Part shown: positions 15,611 through 25,619 of the stretch, in pieces
Position numbering within the stretch: the stretch's first letter is position 1
Layout of the letters: each line of letters opens with the position of its first letter
Assembly (NCBI GenBank): GCA_963761305.1
Contig: CAVXGK010000002.1
Location: forward strand, 1,248,001-1,312,000
Reading direction: 5' to 3'
Source: an uncultured Gemmatimonadaceae bacterium
GTDB lineage: Bacteria; Gemmatimonadota; Gemmatimonadetes; Gemmatimonadales; Gemmatimonadaceae
Length of the DNA: 64,000 nt
Translations under genes and position numbers: made by a program
Notes under the pieces: model-generated
The model's input: the letters and a program-made list of their open reading frames with translations, nothing else
Databases searched by the model: none
What the model was told of the DNA's origin: nothing

Positions 15611-17623
15611 TTAAAGGAGGCTGCTGACGTCGACGATGAGCGAAGGCCGGCCGTCGCCGAGGAGCGTGGCGCCCCCGAAGAACGGCGGTCCGTCTCGCAC
15701 CGCGTCGTACTGCTTCACGACGATCTCTTCCTGTCCGGTGAGCTCGTCGATGACGAGCCCCGCCCGGCGATCGCCGAGGTCGATCACCACCACGTGCTCG
15801 AGGTCGATCTCCGTCGGCGGGTCGTACGCCGGCAGCCCGACCAACGACCGCAGCCGAAGCAGCGGCAGCACTTCGTCGCGCGCGAGCAGGACTTCCTTGC
15901 CCTTCACCGTGCGCAGCACGTCGGGCGTCAGCTCGACGGTCTCGCTCACGTGGGCCTGCGGGATCGCGTACGTCTCGCCGCCGACCCGCGCCAGCAGCGC
16001 GCGCATGATGGCCAGCGTCAACGGAAGCCGGATCACCACCGTCGTTCCCTGCCCCGGCACCGAGCGGATGTCCATCGCGCCGCCGAGCGAGCGCACCTTC
16101 GTGTAGACCGCGTCCACGCCGACGCCGCGCCCCGACAATCCCGTCACCTGCTCCGCCGTCGAGAACCCCGGCCGCGCGAGCAGCCGGAGCAGCTCGTCTT
16201 CGGTGAGCTCGGTCTTCGTCGGTTCGACCAGCCCGTCGCGCTTGGCGCGCTCGAGGACGCGCTCGCGGTCGATGCCCTTGCCGTCGTCACTGACCTTGAT
16301 CACGACCGCCGAACGGTCGCGCACCGCGCTCAAGACGAGACGGCCCACGGCCGGCTTGCCGAGAGCGGCGCGAACGTCGGGACGCTCGATGCCGTGGTCC
16401 ACCGCGTTGCGCAGCAGATGGACCAGCGAGTCTGCGATCTCGTCGAGCATCGACCGATCGAGCTCGATGTCCTTGCCTTCGACGACGAAGTCGACCGGCT
16501 TGCCCAGCCCGCGCGACGCGTCGCGCACGACGCGCGGAAACCGGTCGAACACCTGCGACACCGGAATCATGCGGCTCGCCGTGATCTCGTCGCGCAGATC
16601 GGTGATGAGGCGCGACGACTGCATCACCGCCTCTTCCAGCGCGAGATCGCCGAGCTGGCCGGCGAGCTGCGTCAGACGGCCGCGCGCGATCACCAGCTCG
16701 CCGATGAGATTCATCAGCGCGTCGAGGCGCCGCACGTCGATGCGCATCGAGCGCACGCGGCCGCTCTCCGACCGCGTCTCGCTGGCCGGCGTCACGGCCA
16801 CGCCGTGCGCCGGCGTGAGCGTCATCGCCGACAACGCCGCCATGTCGTGCGCCGGCGTCATGGTGATCGCCGGCATGCTCCACGACGGCGTCAGCGCCGG
16901 CCACGCGCCGGAGCGACGCGGTTCGCCGACCTGCACCTCGAGCACGTCGCCCATTCCCCGCACCACGCTCTCGATCTCGGTGGACGAGCACGACGCGGCA
17001 AGGCGGACGGTGAACTCGGTGTCGAAATTTTCGGCCTGGAGCTCGATGAGCGGCGGCGTCGTCGACACGACCTCACCGATCGAGCGCAGCGCCTGCACGA
17101 TGAGGAACGCGCGCACGCCGCGCAGCGGCGTCTCCGGCTTGAGCCAGATGCGCACCGCTTCGCCGGTGCCGGACGGCGACACCAGGGAGTCGTCGGTCGC
17201 GGCGGGAATCGCCACGGTCTCGCGCCGCGCGGCGGGAGTGGTCGTCAGCGCGCGCAGCGCGGTGATGAGGTCCGGTGCGACGACGTCGCCTTCATGCCCC
17301 GCGACCGCCGCCTCGACCGCGTGCTCGAGCACGTCGGCGGAGCGGAACAGCGTGTCCATGATCGTCGCTTCGATCGACAGCTCGCCGCGGCGCACGCAGT
17401 CGAGCACTGTCTCGAGCTCGTGCGCGAGATCGGCGACGACGGTATAGCCCATCGTCGCCGCCATTCCCTTGATCGTGTGGACCGAACGGAAAATCGCGCC
17501 GACCGCCGATGCGGCGTCGGGGCCGGTCGCATCGCGCTCCAGCTGGAGCAGCGATTGGTTGACGGCGGCGACGTGCTCTCGGCTCTCGGTGAGAAAGAGC
17601 TGGGCGTACTCGCGATTATCCAC
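15611..17623 (-). CDS. cheA: CheA chemotaxis histidine kinase
   Basis: Hpt FRSVHTIKG, P2 domain, LMNLIGELVI, HLLRNAVDHGIE, DDGKGID, GRGVGVD, C-terminal CheW domain. Confidence 0.97.
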   Translation of the reverse strand: MDNREYAQLFLTESREHVAAVNQSLLQLERDATGPDAASAVGAIFRSVHTIKGMAATMGYTVVADLAHELETVLDCVRRGELSIEATIMDTLFRSADVLEHAVEAAVAGHEGDVVAPDLITALRALTTTPAARRETVAIPAATDDSLVSPSGTGEAVRIWLKPETPLRGVRAFLIVQALRSIGEVVSTTPPLIELQAENFDTEFTVRLAASCSSTEIESVVRGMGDVLEVQVGEPRRSGAWPALTPSWSMPAITMTPAHDMAALSAMTLTPAHGVAVTPASETRSESGRVRSMRIDVRRLDALMNLIGELVIARGRLTQLAGQLGDLALEEAVMQSSRLITDLRDEITASRMIPVSQVFDRFPRVVRDASRGLGKPVDFVVEGKDIELDRSMLDEIADSLVHLLRNAVDHGIERPDVRAALGKPAVGRLVLSAVRDRSAVVIKVSDDGKGIDRERVLERAKRDGLVEPTKTELTEDELLRLLARPGFSTAEQVTGLSGRGVGVDAVYTKVRSLGGAMDIRSVPGQGTTVVIRLPLTLAIMRALLARVGGETYAIPQAHVSETVELTPDVLRTVKGKEVLLARDEVLPLLRLRSLVGLPAYDPPTEIDLEHVVVIDLGDRRAGLVIDELTGQEEIVVKQYDAVRDGPPFFGGATLLGDGRPSLIVDVSSLL

Positions 17624-17650
17624 GGCGCTTGGGTCGCACGCGGACCGTGC

Positions 17651-18013
17651 TCACCCGAGCACGCGCTGCACCGCCTCGAGGACGCGACTGGGTTGGAACG
17701 GCTTGACGACGAAGTCCTTCGCGCCGGCTTGAATCGCTTCGACGACGAGCGCCTGCTGCCCCATGGCGCTGCACATGAGGATTTTCGCGCCCGGGTCGAA
17801 CTTGCAGATCTCGCGCACGGCATCGATGCCGCCCATGTCGGGCATCACGATGTCCATGGTCACGAGATCCGGCCGCAGCTCCCGGTACTTCTCTACCGCT
17901 TGAACGCCCGTCTCGGCCTCGCCGACGATCTCGAACCCGGCTTGGGTGAGAATGTCGCCTACCATCGTGCGCATGAAGATGGCGTCGTCGCAGACCAGTA
18001 CTGTGTGACTCAC
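17651..18013 (-). CDS. cheY: CheY response regulator (Bacillus/Thermotoga-like)
   Basis: Single receiver domain: CDDAIFMR, TMDIVMP, CSAMGQQ, FVVKPF; GGAGG SD. Confidence 0.95.
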   Translation of the reverse strand: MSHTVLVCDDAIFMRTMVGDILTQAGFEIVGEAETGVQAVEKYRELRPDLVTMDIVMPDMGGIDAVREICKFDPGAKILMCSAMGQQALVVEAIQAGAKDFVVKPFQPSRVLEAVQRVLG

Positions 18014-18033
18014 GGGAACATGCCTCCAAAGAC

Positions 18034-18477
18034 CTAGGACAGCAGGACTTGCCGGATGAGAGCGGCGAGATCCAACACGACCACCGGTGCACCGTCGAGC
18101 ATCGCCACACCACGCACGAGATCCCCAGCCGCTTCCGTGGCGCCCGAGCCATCGATCTCGAGCTGCCGCACGTCGGCGACCTCGTCTACCACCACCCCGG
18201 CCAAGCGGTCGCGGTGGCGGACGAGAAGAATGGATCCCTCCGCGGCGGGCTCGGCTGACGGATCGAGCCGGACCCCCAGGTCTAGTATCGTCACGATCGT
18301 GCCGCGGACGTTGAGCAGACCGCGCACGAACGCGGGAGCTCCTGGGAGTCGGGTGATCGCTCCCATTGGGATGAGCTCTCTGACGTCTTCTCCGTCGGCC
18401 GCAAAGACCGTTTTCCCCGCGCGGAACATCAGCGCGGAGGTCAACGTGCCATCAGGGGTCGACGCGATAGAAGTCAA
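18034..18477 (-). CDS. cheW: CheW chemotaxis coupling protein
   Basis: ITRLPGAPAFVRGLLNVRGTIVTILDL...GVVVDEV; start uncertain (TTG 18477 overlaps the rluD end). Confidence 0.88.
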   Translation of the reverse strand: MTSIASTPDGTLTSALMFRAGKTVFAADGEDVRELIPMGAITRLPGAPAFVRGLLNVRGTIVTILDLGVRLDPSAEPAAEGSILLVRHRDRLAGVVVDEVADVRQLEIDGSGATEAAGDLVRGVAMLDGAPVVVLDLAALIRQVLLS

Positions 18478-19435
18478 AGCGCTCGAGCGGATCTGGGTCT
18501 GCGGTTAGCAGGCTGGAGCCGGCGGCGGCCCCAAGTGCCCTGCGAAGATCCTCCGGCAACGGCGCACGCAGATCGACCAGCTCGCCGGACACCGGATGCC
18601 GGAAGATCAGCCACGCCGCGTGCAGGAAATGCCGTCGCGGCGGGAGTCCCATCAGCTTGCGCCCCCCGCCGCCGCCATAAGTGTCGTCACCAACGACCGG
18701 ATGCCCGATCGAGGCGGCATGCACTCGGATCTGGTGCGTGCGCCCGGAGTGCAGGTGCGCCCGCAGAAGATCGACGGAGTCAAAGCGCGCGAGCCGAGTG
18801 AGATCTGTCCTCGCCGGCCGTCCTGTGTTGACGACCGCCATGCGCTTTCGGTCTCGCGGATCGCGGGCGATCGGCCGGTCGATCGAAACCCGATCTTCGG
18901 CGAGGTGTCCCCAGGTCAGGGCTGCATAACGCCGAGTGATCTGTCGAGCCTGCAGGGCGGAGCCCAAGACTTTGTGCGCCCGATCACTTTTCGCGACCAG
19001 GAGCAGCCCGGACGTCTCCTTGTCGAGCCGGTGGACGATCCCCTCGCGGGACGTGTCAGCCCCAGCGGAAAGCGATGTCCCCCTTCCCTTTAGCGCGTTG
19101 ACGAGCGTCCCGGACCAGTTCCCGGGGGCCGGATGGACGACCATGCCGGCTGGCTTGTCGACCACCAGCACGTCGTCGTCCTCGAACGCTACCGCCAGCG
19201 GGATGGACTCGCCGATGACGGGGTGAGCCTCGGGGGCCGGAGTCTCGACGTCGATTCGCTCGCCCGCGTCGGGGCGGTAGCTGGCGCGCTCGCGCCGGCC
19301 GGCGACGAGTACGCGGCCGTTGGCGATCAGCGTCGCAGCCTGATTCCGGGAAATCTCGAGTTGTTGGGCGACGAGGAGATCGAGGCGCGGAGCGTCGTCG
19401 GGGGCGTCGAAGGTGCGACGACCGGACTCGGTCAC
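18452..19435 (-). CDS. rluD: RluA/RluD-family 23S rRNA pseudouridine synthase
   Basis: S4 domain RLDLLVA, VDKPAGMVVHP, HRLDKETSG, GRTHQIRVH, GHPVVGD. Confidence 0.93.
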   Translation of the reverse strand: MTESGRRTFDAPDDAPRLDLLVAQQLEISRNQAATLIANGRVLVAGRRERASYRPDAGERIDVETPAPEAHPVIGESIPLAVAFEDDDVLVVDKPAGMVVHPAPGNWSGTLVNALKGRGTSLSAGADTSREGIVHRLDKETSGLLLVAKSDRAHKVLGSALQARQITRRYAALTWGHLAEDRVSIDRPIARDPRDRKRMAVVNTGRPARTDLTRLARFDSVDLLRAHLHSGRTHQIRVHAASIGHPVVGDDTYGGGGGRKLMGLPPRRHFLHAAWLIFRHPVSGELVDLRAPLPEDLRRALGAAAGSSLLTADPDPLERFDFYRVDP

Positions 19436-19980
19436 CGCGCTCCGGTCGATGCTTCGTCGCGCATGGCCGCTTCGCCGGCGGCGAGCGCCAGCTGCTTGCG
19501 GTCCTCACGCCACAACACGAACGCGAGCGTGATTGCGCCGATCGTCACGGCAGAGTCGGCGACGTTGAACGTCCAGAAGCGGACAGTGCCCACGCCGACG
19601 TCGATGAAGTCGACGACGCCGCTCGTTCCCCGGAAGCGATCGATGAGATTGCCCGCGGCGCCGCCCCAGGCGAGACCGAGCGCCACGACGCGCACCCAGT
19701 CACCGCTCTTGGTCGTGCGATAGAGCCACCACAGCACGATCAGCGCGACGACAGCGAACGCGCCGAACACGTAGCGCGACTTGTCGCCGACCGACATGCT
19801 GAACGCCGCACCGGGATTGTAGGCCAGTGTGAAGCGCACGACGTCGCCGACGATGCGGCGCGGAACGCCACGCGTCAGTTGGCGAACGGCCAGCGCTTTC
19901 GTGATGATGTCGAGCACGACGACCGAAACAGCCGCCGTCCAGAACACGCGGCCGTTTTTCGGTCCCGAGGCGTTCGTCAT
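19432..19980 (-). CDS. lspA: Lipoprotein signal peptidase II (copy 2)
   Basis: NPGAAFS, GGAAGNLIDR, VVDFID, FNVADSA; start at ATG 19980. Confidence 0.93.
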   Translation of the reverse strand: MTNASGPKNGRVFWTAAVSVVVLDIITKALAVRQLTRGVPRRIVGDVVRFTLAYNPGAAFSMSVGDKSRYVFGAFAVVALIVLWWLYRTTKSGDWVRVVALGLAWGGAAGNLIDRFRGTSGVVDFIDVGVGTVRFWTFNVADSAVTIGAITLAFVLWREDRKQLALAAGEAAMRDEASTGAR

Positions 19981-19996
19981 GTCGGGCGTTTCGCGC

Positions 19997-20548
19997 TTAT
20001 GAGAGCTCGCGCGTGTCGGCGGAAACAGCGACCGGTGCCGGCACCGTCGCGGCCTGCGCCTCCGCGTCCTCACCCCACAGCACCCAGGCCAGCAAGAAGG
20101 CACCGACGCTCACGGCCATGTCGGCCACGTTGAACGTCGGCCACCGCGAATCGCCAAAACCGATGTCGATGAAATCGACGACGCCGTATCGCGAGGTGAT
20201 GCGGTCGGCGAGATTGCCCAGCGCGCCGCCGCACACCATCGCCAGCGCGATCGACCGCAGCACGTCGCCGCGTCGCGTGGACGTGTACAGGAAGCCCAGG
20301 ATCACCAGCGCCACGATCGTGAGCGCCATGAAGATCCAGCGCGACTGCGAACCCAGATGAAGGCCGAACGCCGCGCCCGGGTTGCGCACCAGCGTGAACC
20401 GCATCCAGTCGCCGAAGACTTCGTGCGGCAACCCCTGCGGCAGCAGCCGGTGCGCCGCGAGGTACTTCGTGCCGAAGTCCACCGCGGCGATCAGACAGAG
20501 CACGGGCCAGAAGAGGCCCGCGTTGCCTCGTTCGCTACTTCTTTGCAT
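19997..20548 (-). CDS. lspA: Lipoprotein signal peptidase II (copy 1)
   Basis: NPGAAFG, GGALGNLADR, VVDFIDI, FNVADMA; start at ATG 20548. Confidence 0.93.
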   Translation of the reverse strand: MQRSSERGNAGLFWPVLCLIAAVDFGTKYLAAHRLLPQGLPHEVFGDWMRFTLVRNPGAAFGLHLGSQSRWIFMALTIVALVILGFLYTSTRRGDVLRSIALAMVCGGALGNLADRITSRYGVVDFIDIGFGDSRWPTFNVADMAVSVGAFLLAWVLWGEDAEAQAATVPAPVAVSADTRELS

Positions 20549-20951
20549 CTTCCTCGCGCTGCTTGCAGTTGATGCAGTAACGGGCATGCGGGAGTGCGTC
20601 GAGACGATCGTACGCAATCTCGTTGCCGCACTGGTGGCACTTCCCGAAGTTGTCCGGATCGCGATACAGCCGCCGCAGCGCCTCGTCGATGTGCCACAGG
20701 AACCGGCCTTCCTGGCTGGCGAACAGAAACGCCTTTTCGCGCTCCATGGCGTCGGTGCCCTGGTCGGCCATGTGGAACGAGTAGCTGCTCAGATCGCCGT
20801 CGGCGGACTGTGGCGTCGCGCCGAACGCCTCGTCGGCGCGGCCCAGTTCCTTCAGGACGCGCTTCCGCTCGTCGAGCAGACGCTTCTCAAAATGCTGAAG
20901 CATCTTCTTGCTCAGTCCCTTGACCTTTTTCGCGCTGTTCGCGGTTGGCAT
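20535..20951 (-). CDS. TraR/DksA-family C4 zinc-finger transcription factor
   Basis: Coiled coil with HMADQGTD tip; CHQC...RLDALP...CINC zinc finger; start at ATG 20951. Confidence 0.92.
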   Translation of the reverse strand: MPTANSAKKVKGLSKKMLQHFEKRLLDERKRVLKELGRADEAFGATPQSADGDLSSYSFHMADQGTDAMEREKAFLFASQEGRFLWHIDEALRRLYRDPDNFGKCHQCGNEIAYDRLDALPHARYCINCKQREEDAKK

Positions 20952-20953
20952 TG

Positions 20954-23900
20954 CTACGGTATCCTGGTAATGGCCACGAAGGCCGTCATTCCGTCGAGGT
21001 CGACCGGCGTCATACCATCGCGCGCGCCATCGTGCAGCACGAGCTCGGTCGCCAAAGTCTCGTCCATGATCCATGCGCGATGCGCACCCACGACGGCGTG
21101 CACGTCGCCTTCCTGCCCCCGCCCGATGGTCAGCGTGATTCGGTCGCTGACCGCGAATGAAGCCTCCTTTCGCATGCGCTGTACCCGGCTAACCAGCTCT
21201 CGGGCGTATCCCTCGAGCTCCAGCGCCGGTGTCACCATCGGATCGATCGCGGCAAAGAAACCCGCGTCCTCCTGAACCACGAGGTCGCCGGACGCCCGCC
21301 GAATGATCGTCACATCGTCAAGCTCCAGTTCGTGCGATTGCCCCTCAACGCTAATGACCAGCGAACCGCCGTGCTCGAAGCGGCGCAACTCGTCGCCGGA
21401 AAGTGACGCGACCGCGCGCGCCGCGAGCGGCGTGTGCTGGCCGAATTTTTTCCCCAATGCCCTGAAGTTCGGTTTCGCCTCGAGCGTCACGAGCTCGTCC
21501 GACGAAGTCGCGAAATCTACTCGTTTGACGTTGAGCTCCGCCGCCAGCAGCGGGACCAGCGGGACGAGCCCGGACTCGGTCACACCCGGCGCGACGCAGA
21601 CGAGCCGCGCCAGCGGGCGCCGCACCTTGATCTCGGCTTCCTCTCGCGCCCCACGGCCGAGCCTGGCGAGCCGGCGGATCGCCGCCATCGGCGCGTCGAA
21701 ATCGGACGTGACCGGACCGCGCGGCGCGACGAACGGCGCGAGATGCACCGACTCGCCCGTCAGCTCGCGATGGATCCAGTCGCTCACGAACGGCGCGATC
21801 GGCGCCAACAGCCGGCAGACGGAGACGAGCACCTCGTGCAGGGTCGCGAACGCCGCCCGGTTGTCGTCGGCCTCGACGTCGTAGAACCGATTGCGGCTCA
21901 GCCGCACGTACCAGTTGGCGACGTCGTCGTCCACGAACTCGATGATCGCGCGCGACGCGGCGGTCGCGTCGTACGCGTTGAACGCGGCGTCGACCGTCTG
22001 CTCGAGCCGCGCGAGCCGGCTGATCATCCATTGATCGAGCGCCGGACGCGCCTCGATCGGTGGATCGGCCTCCGACGGGCTCCAGCCGAAGTTGGCGTAC
22101 TGCGCGAAGATTCCGCTGTACACGTTCTTGAGCGTGCGCATGAAGCGCCCCGCCTGCTCGGCGAGGATCTTCTCGTCGAACTTGCGCTCCACCCACACCG
22201 CGCTCGACGCGACGAAGAAGAGCCGCGTGGCGTCGGCGCCGTGTTTGCTCATCACCATCCACGGATCGACGACGTTGCCGACGCTCTTCGACATCTTCTT
22301 CCCGTCCGCGTCGAGCACCTGATCGTTCACCACGACCGCGCGATACGGCGACGCGATCGACGCGACGCTGTTCGCTCCGCCCGTCGGCCCCACGTTGTTC
22401 GGCAACGCGTCACCAAGTCCCGTGGCGATGGCGAGCAGCGAGTAGAACCAGCCGCGCGTCTGATCGACGCCCTCGGCGATGAAGTCGGCGGGAAACTGGC
22501 CGGCGATCTTGTCGCGATTCTCGAACGGATAGTGCCACTGCGCGAACGACATCGACCCCGAGTCGAACCAGGTGTCGATCACCTCGGAGGCGCGACGCAT
22601 CGTGCCGCCGCAGCCCGCCTGCGAGCACCGCCAGGTGTACCGATCGACGTTCGGCTTGTGGGGATCGAACTCGGACGTCAGGCGCTCGCCGGAACGCGCG
22701 CTCAAGTCGGCGTACGACCCGATGCACTCGACGTGCGCCGATTCGTTGTCGCAGATCCAGACCGGGAGCGGCGTGCCCCAGTAGCGGTCGCGCGAGATCG
22801 TCCAGTCGATGTTCCCGACCAGCCACTCGCCGAAGCGACCTTCGCCGATGGTCGGCGGATGCCAGTCGACGCGCGCGTTGCGCGCCAGCATATCGTCGCG
22901 GAACGCCGTCGTGCGGACGAACCACGACGTGCGCGCGTAGTAGATGAGCGGCGTGCCGCAGCGCCAGCAATGCGGGTACTGGTGCGTGATGCGCCCCGCC
23001 TTCCATAGAACGCCGCGCCGCTTGAGCTCTTCGGTGATGATCGGATCGGCGTCCTTCACGAACAGTCCGCCGACGAGCGGCACCGACGCAGGGAACTCGC
23101 CGCGCCCGTCGACCGGCTGGATGAACGCCAGCTTGTGCCGCTTGCCCGCCGCGTAGTCGTCGGCGCCGAACGCCGGCGACATGTGGACGACGCCGCTGCC
23201 GTCCGACGCGGAAACGAAGTCTTCGCCGACGATGAGCTCGTGCTCGCCCTCGGGCGGGAACTCGACCCAATCGAGCGGGCGCGTGTATCGGCGGCCGACG
23301 AGCTCGGCGCCCTTGATGTGGCGCACCAACTCCCAGCGGTTCTCGTAGTCCTCGCCCAGCACGGCCCGCACGCGCGACTCGGCAAGGATGAGCGTTCTTT
23401 GATCCTTGCCTTCCTCGCGGCGCACCAGCTCGACGTAGTCGAGATCCGGATGCACCGCGAGCGCGGTGTTGGAGACGAGCGTCCACGGCGTCGTCGTCCA
23501 CACGAGGATGCGCCGGCCGACCGGCGGGTGCAGCGACGCGTCGCGCCCACTCGGTTCCTCGACGAGATCGAGCGCCACGTAGATGCTCGGATCTTCGTCC
23601 TCTTGGTAGCCGAGCGACAGCTCGTGGCTCGACAGCGCGGTGCCGCATCGCGGACAATACGGGAGGATCTTGTGCCCGCGGTACAGCAGATTCTTGTCGA
23701 ACAGCGTCTTGAGCGCCCACCACACGCTCTCGACGTAGTCGTTGTGATACGTGACGTACGGATGGGCGTAGTCGAGCCAGTAGCCCATGCGCGCGCTCAG
23801 CTTTTCCCAGTCGGAGCGATACTTGAACACGCTCTCGCGGCAGAGCCGGTTGAACTCCGCGACGCCGAGCGATTCGATCTGCTGCTTGCCACTGATGCCG

Positions 23901-24220
23901 AGCTGCTTTTCGACCTCGATCTCGACCGGAAGTCCGTGCGTGTCCCACCCGGCTTTGCGCGCAACGCGGTAGCCCTTCATCGCGCGATAGCGGCAGAACA
24001 GATCCTTGATCGTGCGCGAGAACACGTGGTGGATGCCGGGCCGGCCGTTCGCCGTCGGCGGGCCTTCAAAGAACACGAATGACGGCGCGCCGGCCTTCGC
24101 CTCCAGCGTGCGCGCGAAGAGATCCTCGTCAGCCCAGCGCGCGAGCAACTCGCGCTCGACGTCGTCGGCCGCGCGATCCGGCGGCAGCGGCTCGAATCGC
24201 GTCATGCTCGGCGCCGTCAC
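20954..24220 (-). CDS. ileS: Isoleucine--tRNA ligase, type 2
   Basis: [47 protein letters not shown]; long type-2 C-terminus ([13 protein letters not shown]...VSDRI) without zinc finger. Confidence 0.97.
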   Translation of the reverse strand: MTAPSMTRFEPLPPDRAADDVERELLARWADEDLFARTLEAKAGAPSFVFFEGPPTANGRPGIHHVFSRTIKDLFCRYRAMKGYRVARKAGWDTHGLPVEIEVEKQLGISGKQQIESLGVAEFNRLCRESVFKYRSDWEKLSARMGYWLDYAHPYVTYHNDYVESVWWALKTLFDKNLLYRGHKILPYCPRCGTALSSHELSLGYQEDEDPSIYVALDLVEEPSGRDASLHPPVGRRILVWTTTPWTLVSNTALAVHPDLDYVELVRREEGKDQRTLILAESRVRAVLGEDYENRWELVRHIKGAELVGRRYTRPLDWVEFPPEGEHELIVGEDFVSASDGSGVVHMSPAFGADDYAAGKRHKLAFIQPVDGRGEFPASVPLVGGLFVKDADPIITEELKRRGVLWKAGRITHQYPHCWRCGTPLIYYARTSWFVRTTAFRDDMLARNARVDWHPPTIGEGRFGEWLVGNIDWTISRDRYWGTPLPVWICDNESAHVECIGSYADLSARSGERLTSEFDPHKPNVDRYTWRCSQAGCGGTMRRASEVIDTWFDSGSMSFAQWHYPFENRDKIAGQFPADFIAEGVDQTRGWFYSLLAIATGLGDALPNNVGPTGGANSVASIASPYRAVVVNDQVLDADGKKMSKSVGNVVDPWMVMSKHGADATRLFFVASSAVWVERKFDEKILAEQAGRFMRTLKNVYSGIFAQYANFGWSPSEADPPIEARPALDQWMISRLARLEQTVDAAFNAYDATAASRAIIEFVDDDVANWYVRLSRNRFYDVEADDNRAAFATLHEVLVSVCRLLAPIAPFVSDWIHRELTGESVHLAPFVAPRGPVTSDFDAPMAAIRRLARLGRGAREEAEIKVRRPLARLVCVAPGVTESGLVPLVPLLAAELNVKRVDFATSSDELVTLEAKPNFRALGKKFGQHTPLAARAVASLSGDELRRFEHGGSLVISVEGQSHELELDDVTIIRRASGDLVVQEDAGFFAAIDPMVTPALELEGYARELVSRVQRMRKEASFAVSDRITLTIGRGQEGDVHAVVGAHRAWIMDETLATELVLHDGARDGMTPVDLDGMTAFVAITRIP

Positions 24221-25086
24221 ATGCGCTCCAGCACGCCGCGCACGACGGTCGTCAGCGCCGGCTCGGCGCCGTTCGCGACGGCGATGATCTTCTCGACCGT
24301 CGCCGCCTCGAGCGCGTCGGGGTCACACATGTCGGTGAGGATCGAGAGTCCCAGCACCCGCATGCCCGCGTGGACGGCGACGATCGTCTCCGGCACGGTC
24401 GACATGCCGACGACGTCGGCGCCGATCGCGCGCAGGAATCGATACTCGGCGCGCGTCTCGAGGTTCGGTCCCGAGACCGCGACGTAGACGCCTTCGCGCA
24501 GCGAGATGCCGGCGTCCGCCGCCACGTGGCGCGCCAGCGCGCCGAGCGCCGCGTCATACGGTGCCGACAAATCCGGAAAGCGCGGACCCAGCCGGTCGTC
24601 GTTCGGGCCGATGAGAGGACTGTCGCCGAGCAAGTTCACATGATCCGTGATCAACATCAGGTCGCCGGCGCTCCATTGCGGATTCAAGCCGCCACACGCG
24701 TTCGACACGAACAACGTCTTCACGCCAAGCGCTCGCAGCACGCGAACGGGAAAGGTGACCTGTTGTAGCGAATACCCTTCATATCGATGAAAGCGCCCTT
24801 GCATGGCCACGACGGTTCTGGCACCTAGCGTGCCGCAGAGCAGCCGGCCCGCGTGCGATTCCACGGTCGATGCCGGAAACCCCGGGATGTCCTCATAAGG
24901 TATGACCACCGGGTTCTCGATCTCCGACGCCAGCCGGCCGAGCCCCGTACCGAGGATGATCGCCGCGTCCGGGTGCCCGGGGAAGCGCGCGCGCACGACG
25001 TGCGCCGCGCGCTCCGCTGTTTCGAGCACGTGAGAACCCGGCGCCGAGCCGGGCGCCGGGGGTGCTACCGGAGCCACGAGCGTCAT
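24217..25086 (-). CDS. punA: Purine-nucleoside phosphorylase (trimeric type)
   Basis: [45 protein letters not shown]. Confidence 0.92.
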   Translation of the reverse strand: MTLVAPVAPPAPGSAPGSHVLETAERAAHVVRARFPGHPDAAIILGTGLGRLASEIENPVVIPYEDIPGFPASTVESHAGRLLCGTLGARTVVAMQGRFHRYEGYSLQQVTFPVRVLRALGVKTLFVSNACGGLNPQWSAGDLMLITDHVNLLGDSPLIGPNDDRLGPRFPDLSAPYDAALGALARHVAADAGISLREGVYVAVSGPNLETRAEYRFLRAIGADVVGMSTVPETIVAVHAGMRVLGLSILTDMCDPDALEAATVEKIIAVANGAEPALTTVVRGVLERM

Positions 25087-25619
25087 TCTTTGAGAATCGA
25101 GGCGGCGGCGCGGACGGGAGAAATCGGCACGCCGTCGCGGCGCTGACCGTCGAGGTTCACCTGCTCGGCGGCGGTAATCTCGGCGAGATGCCGTTCGACG
25201 AGCGTGCGAAGCTGCGCGAGGTACGCGCGCCGCGAGTGCTCGAGTCCCGCCACGCCGTCCTGCATCCGACGGATCTCTCCGCGCGCTTCTTCGACGATGC
25301 GAGCCGCCTCGGCCCGCGCTTCGCGCAGAATGAGCTCCGACTCCTTGTCGGCCTGTTCGCGGATGTCGCCGCGAAGTTGCTGGGCCGACACCAGCGCCTC
25401 GTTGATGGCCTTGTCTCGCTCGCGGAACGCGCGAAGCTGCTCGTGGAAGCCGCGAGCTTTCGCCTCGAGCTCCTGATTGAGGCGCGACAATCGCTCCAGC
25501 TCCTCGGCTACCTGGTCGCGGAACTGATTCACGCGCTCGGGATCGTAGCCGCGAATCGCTTTGCCGAATTCGTAACGACGAACGTCGAGCGGCGTGAGGT
25601 GGAAGGTCTCGTCCATCAT
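25083..25619 (-). CDS. divIVA: DivIVA domain protein
   Basis: [27 protein letters not shown]-terminal DivIVA motif followed by coiled coil. Confidence 0.92.
   Translation of the reverse strand: MMDETFHLTPLDVRRYEFGKAIRGYDPERVNQFRDQVAEELERLSRLNQELEAKARGFHEQLRAFRERDKAINEALVSAQQLRGDIREQADKESELILREARAEAARIVEEARGEIRRMQDGVAGLEHSRRAYLAQLRTLVERHLAEITAAEQVNLDGQRRDGVPISPVRAAASILKE

Noticed and set aside
17616..17624. TTATCCACG, a one-mismatch DnaA box at the cheA start
   Set aside because: Single imperfect copy, explained by the codons GTG GAT AAT.
14993..18037. 1014-aa plus-strand ORF (also 12252-14081, 5205-6923, 21434-23008, 30406-32133)
   Set aside because: Antisense shadows of well-supported genes in high-GC DNA; Arg/His-rich with no motifs.
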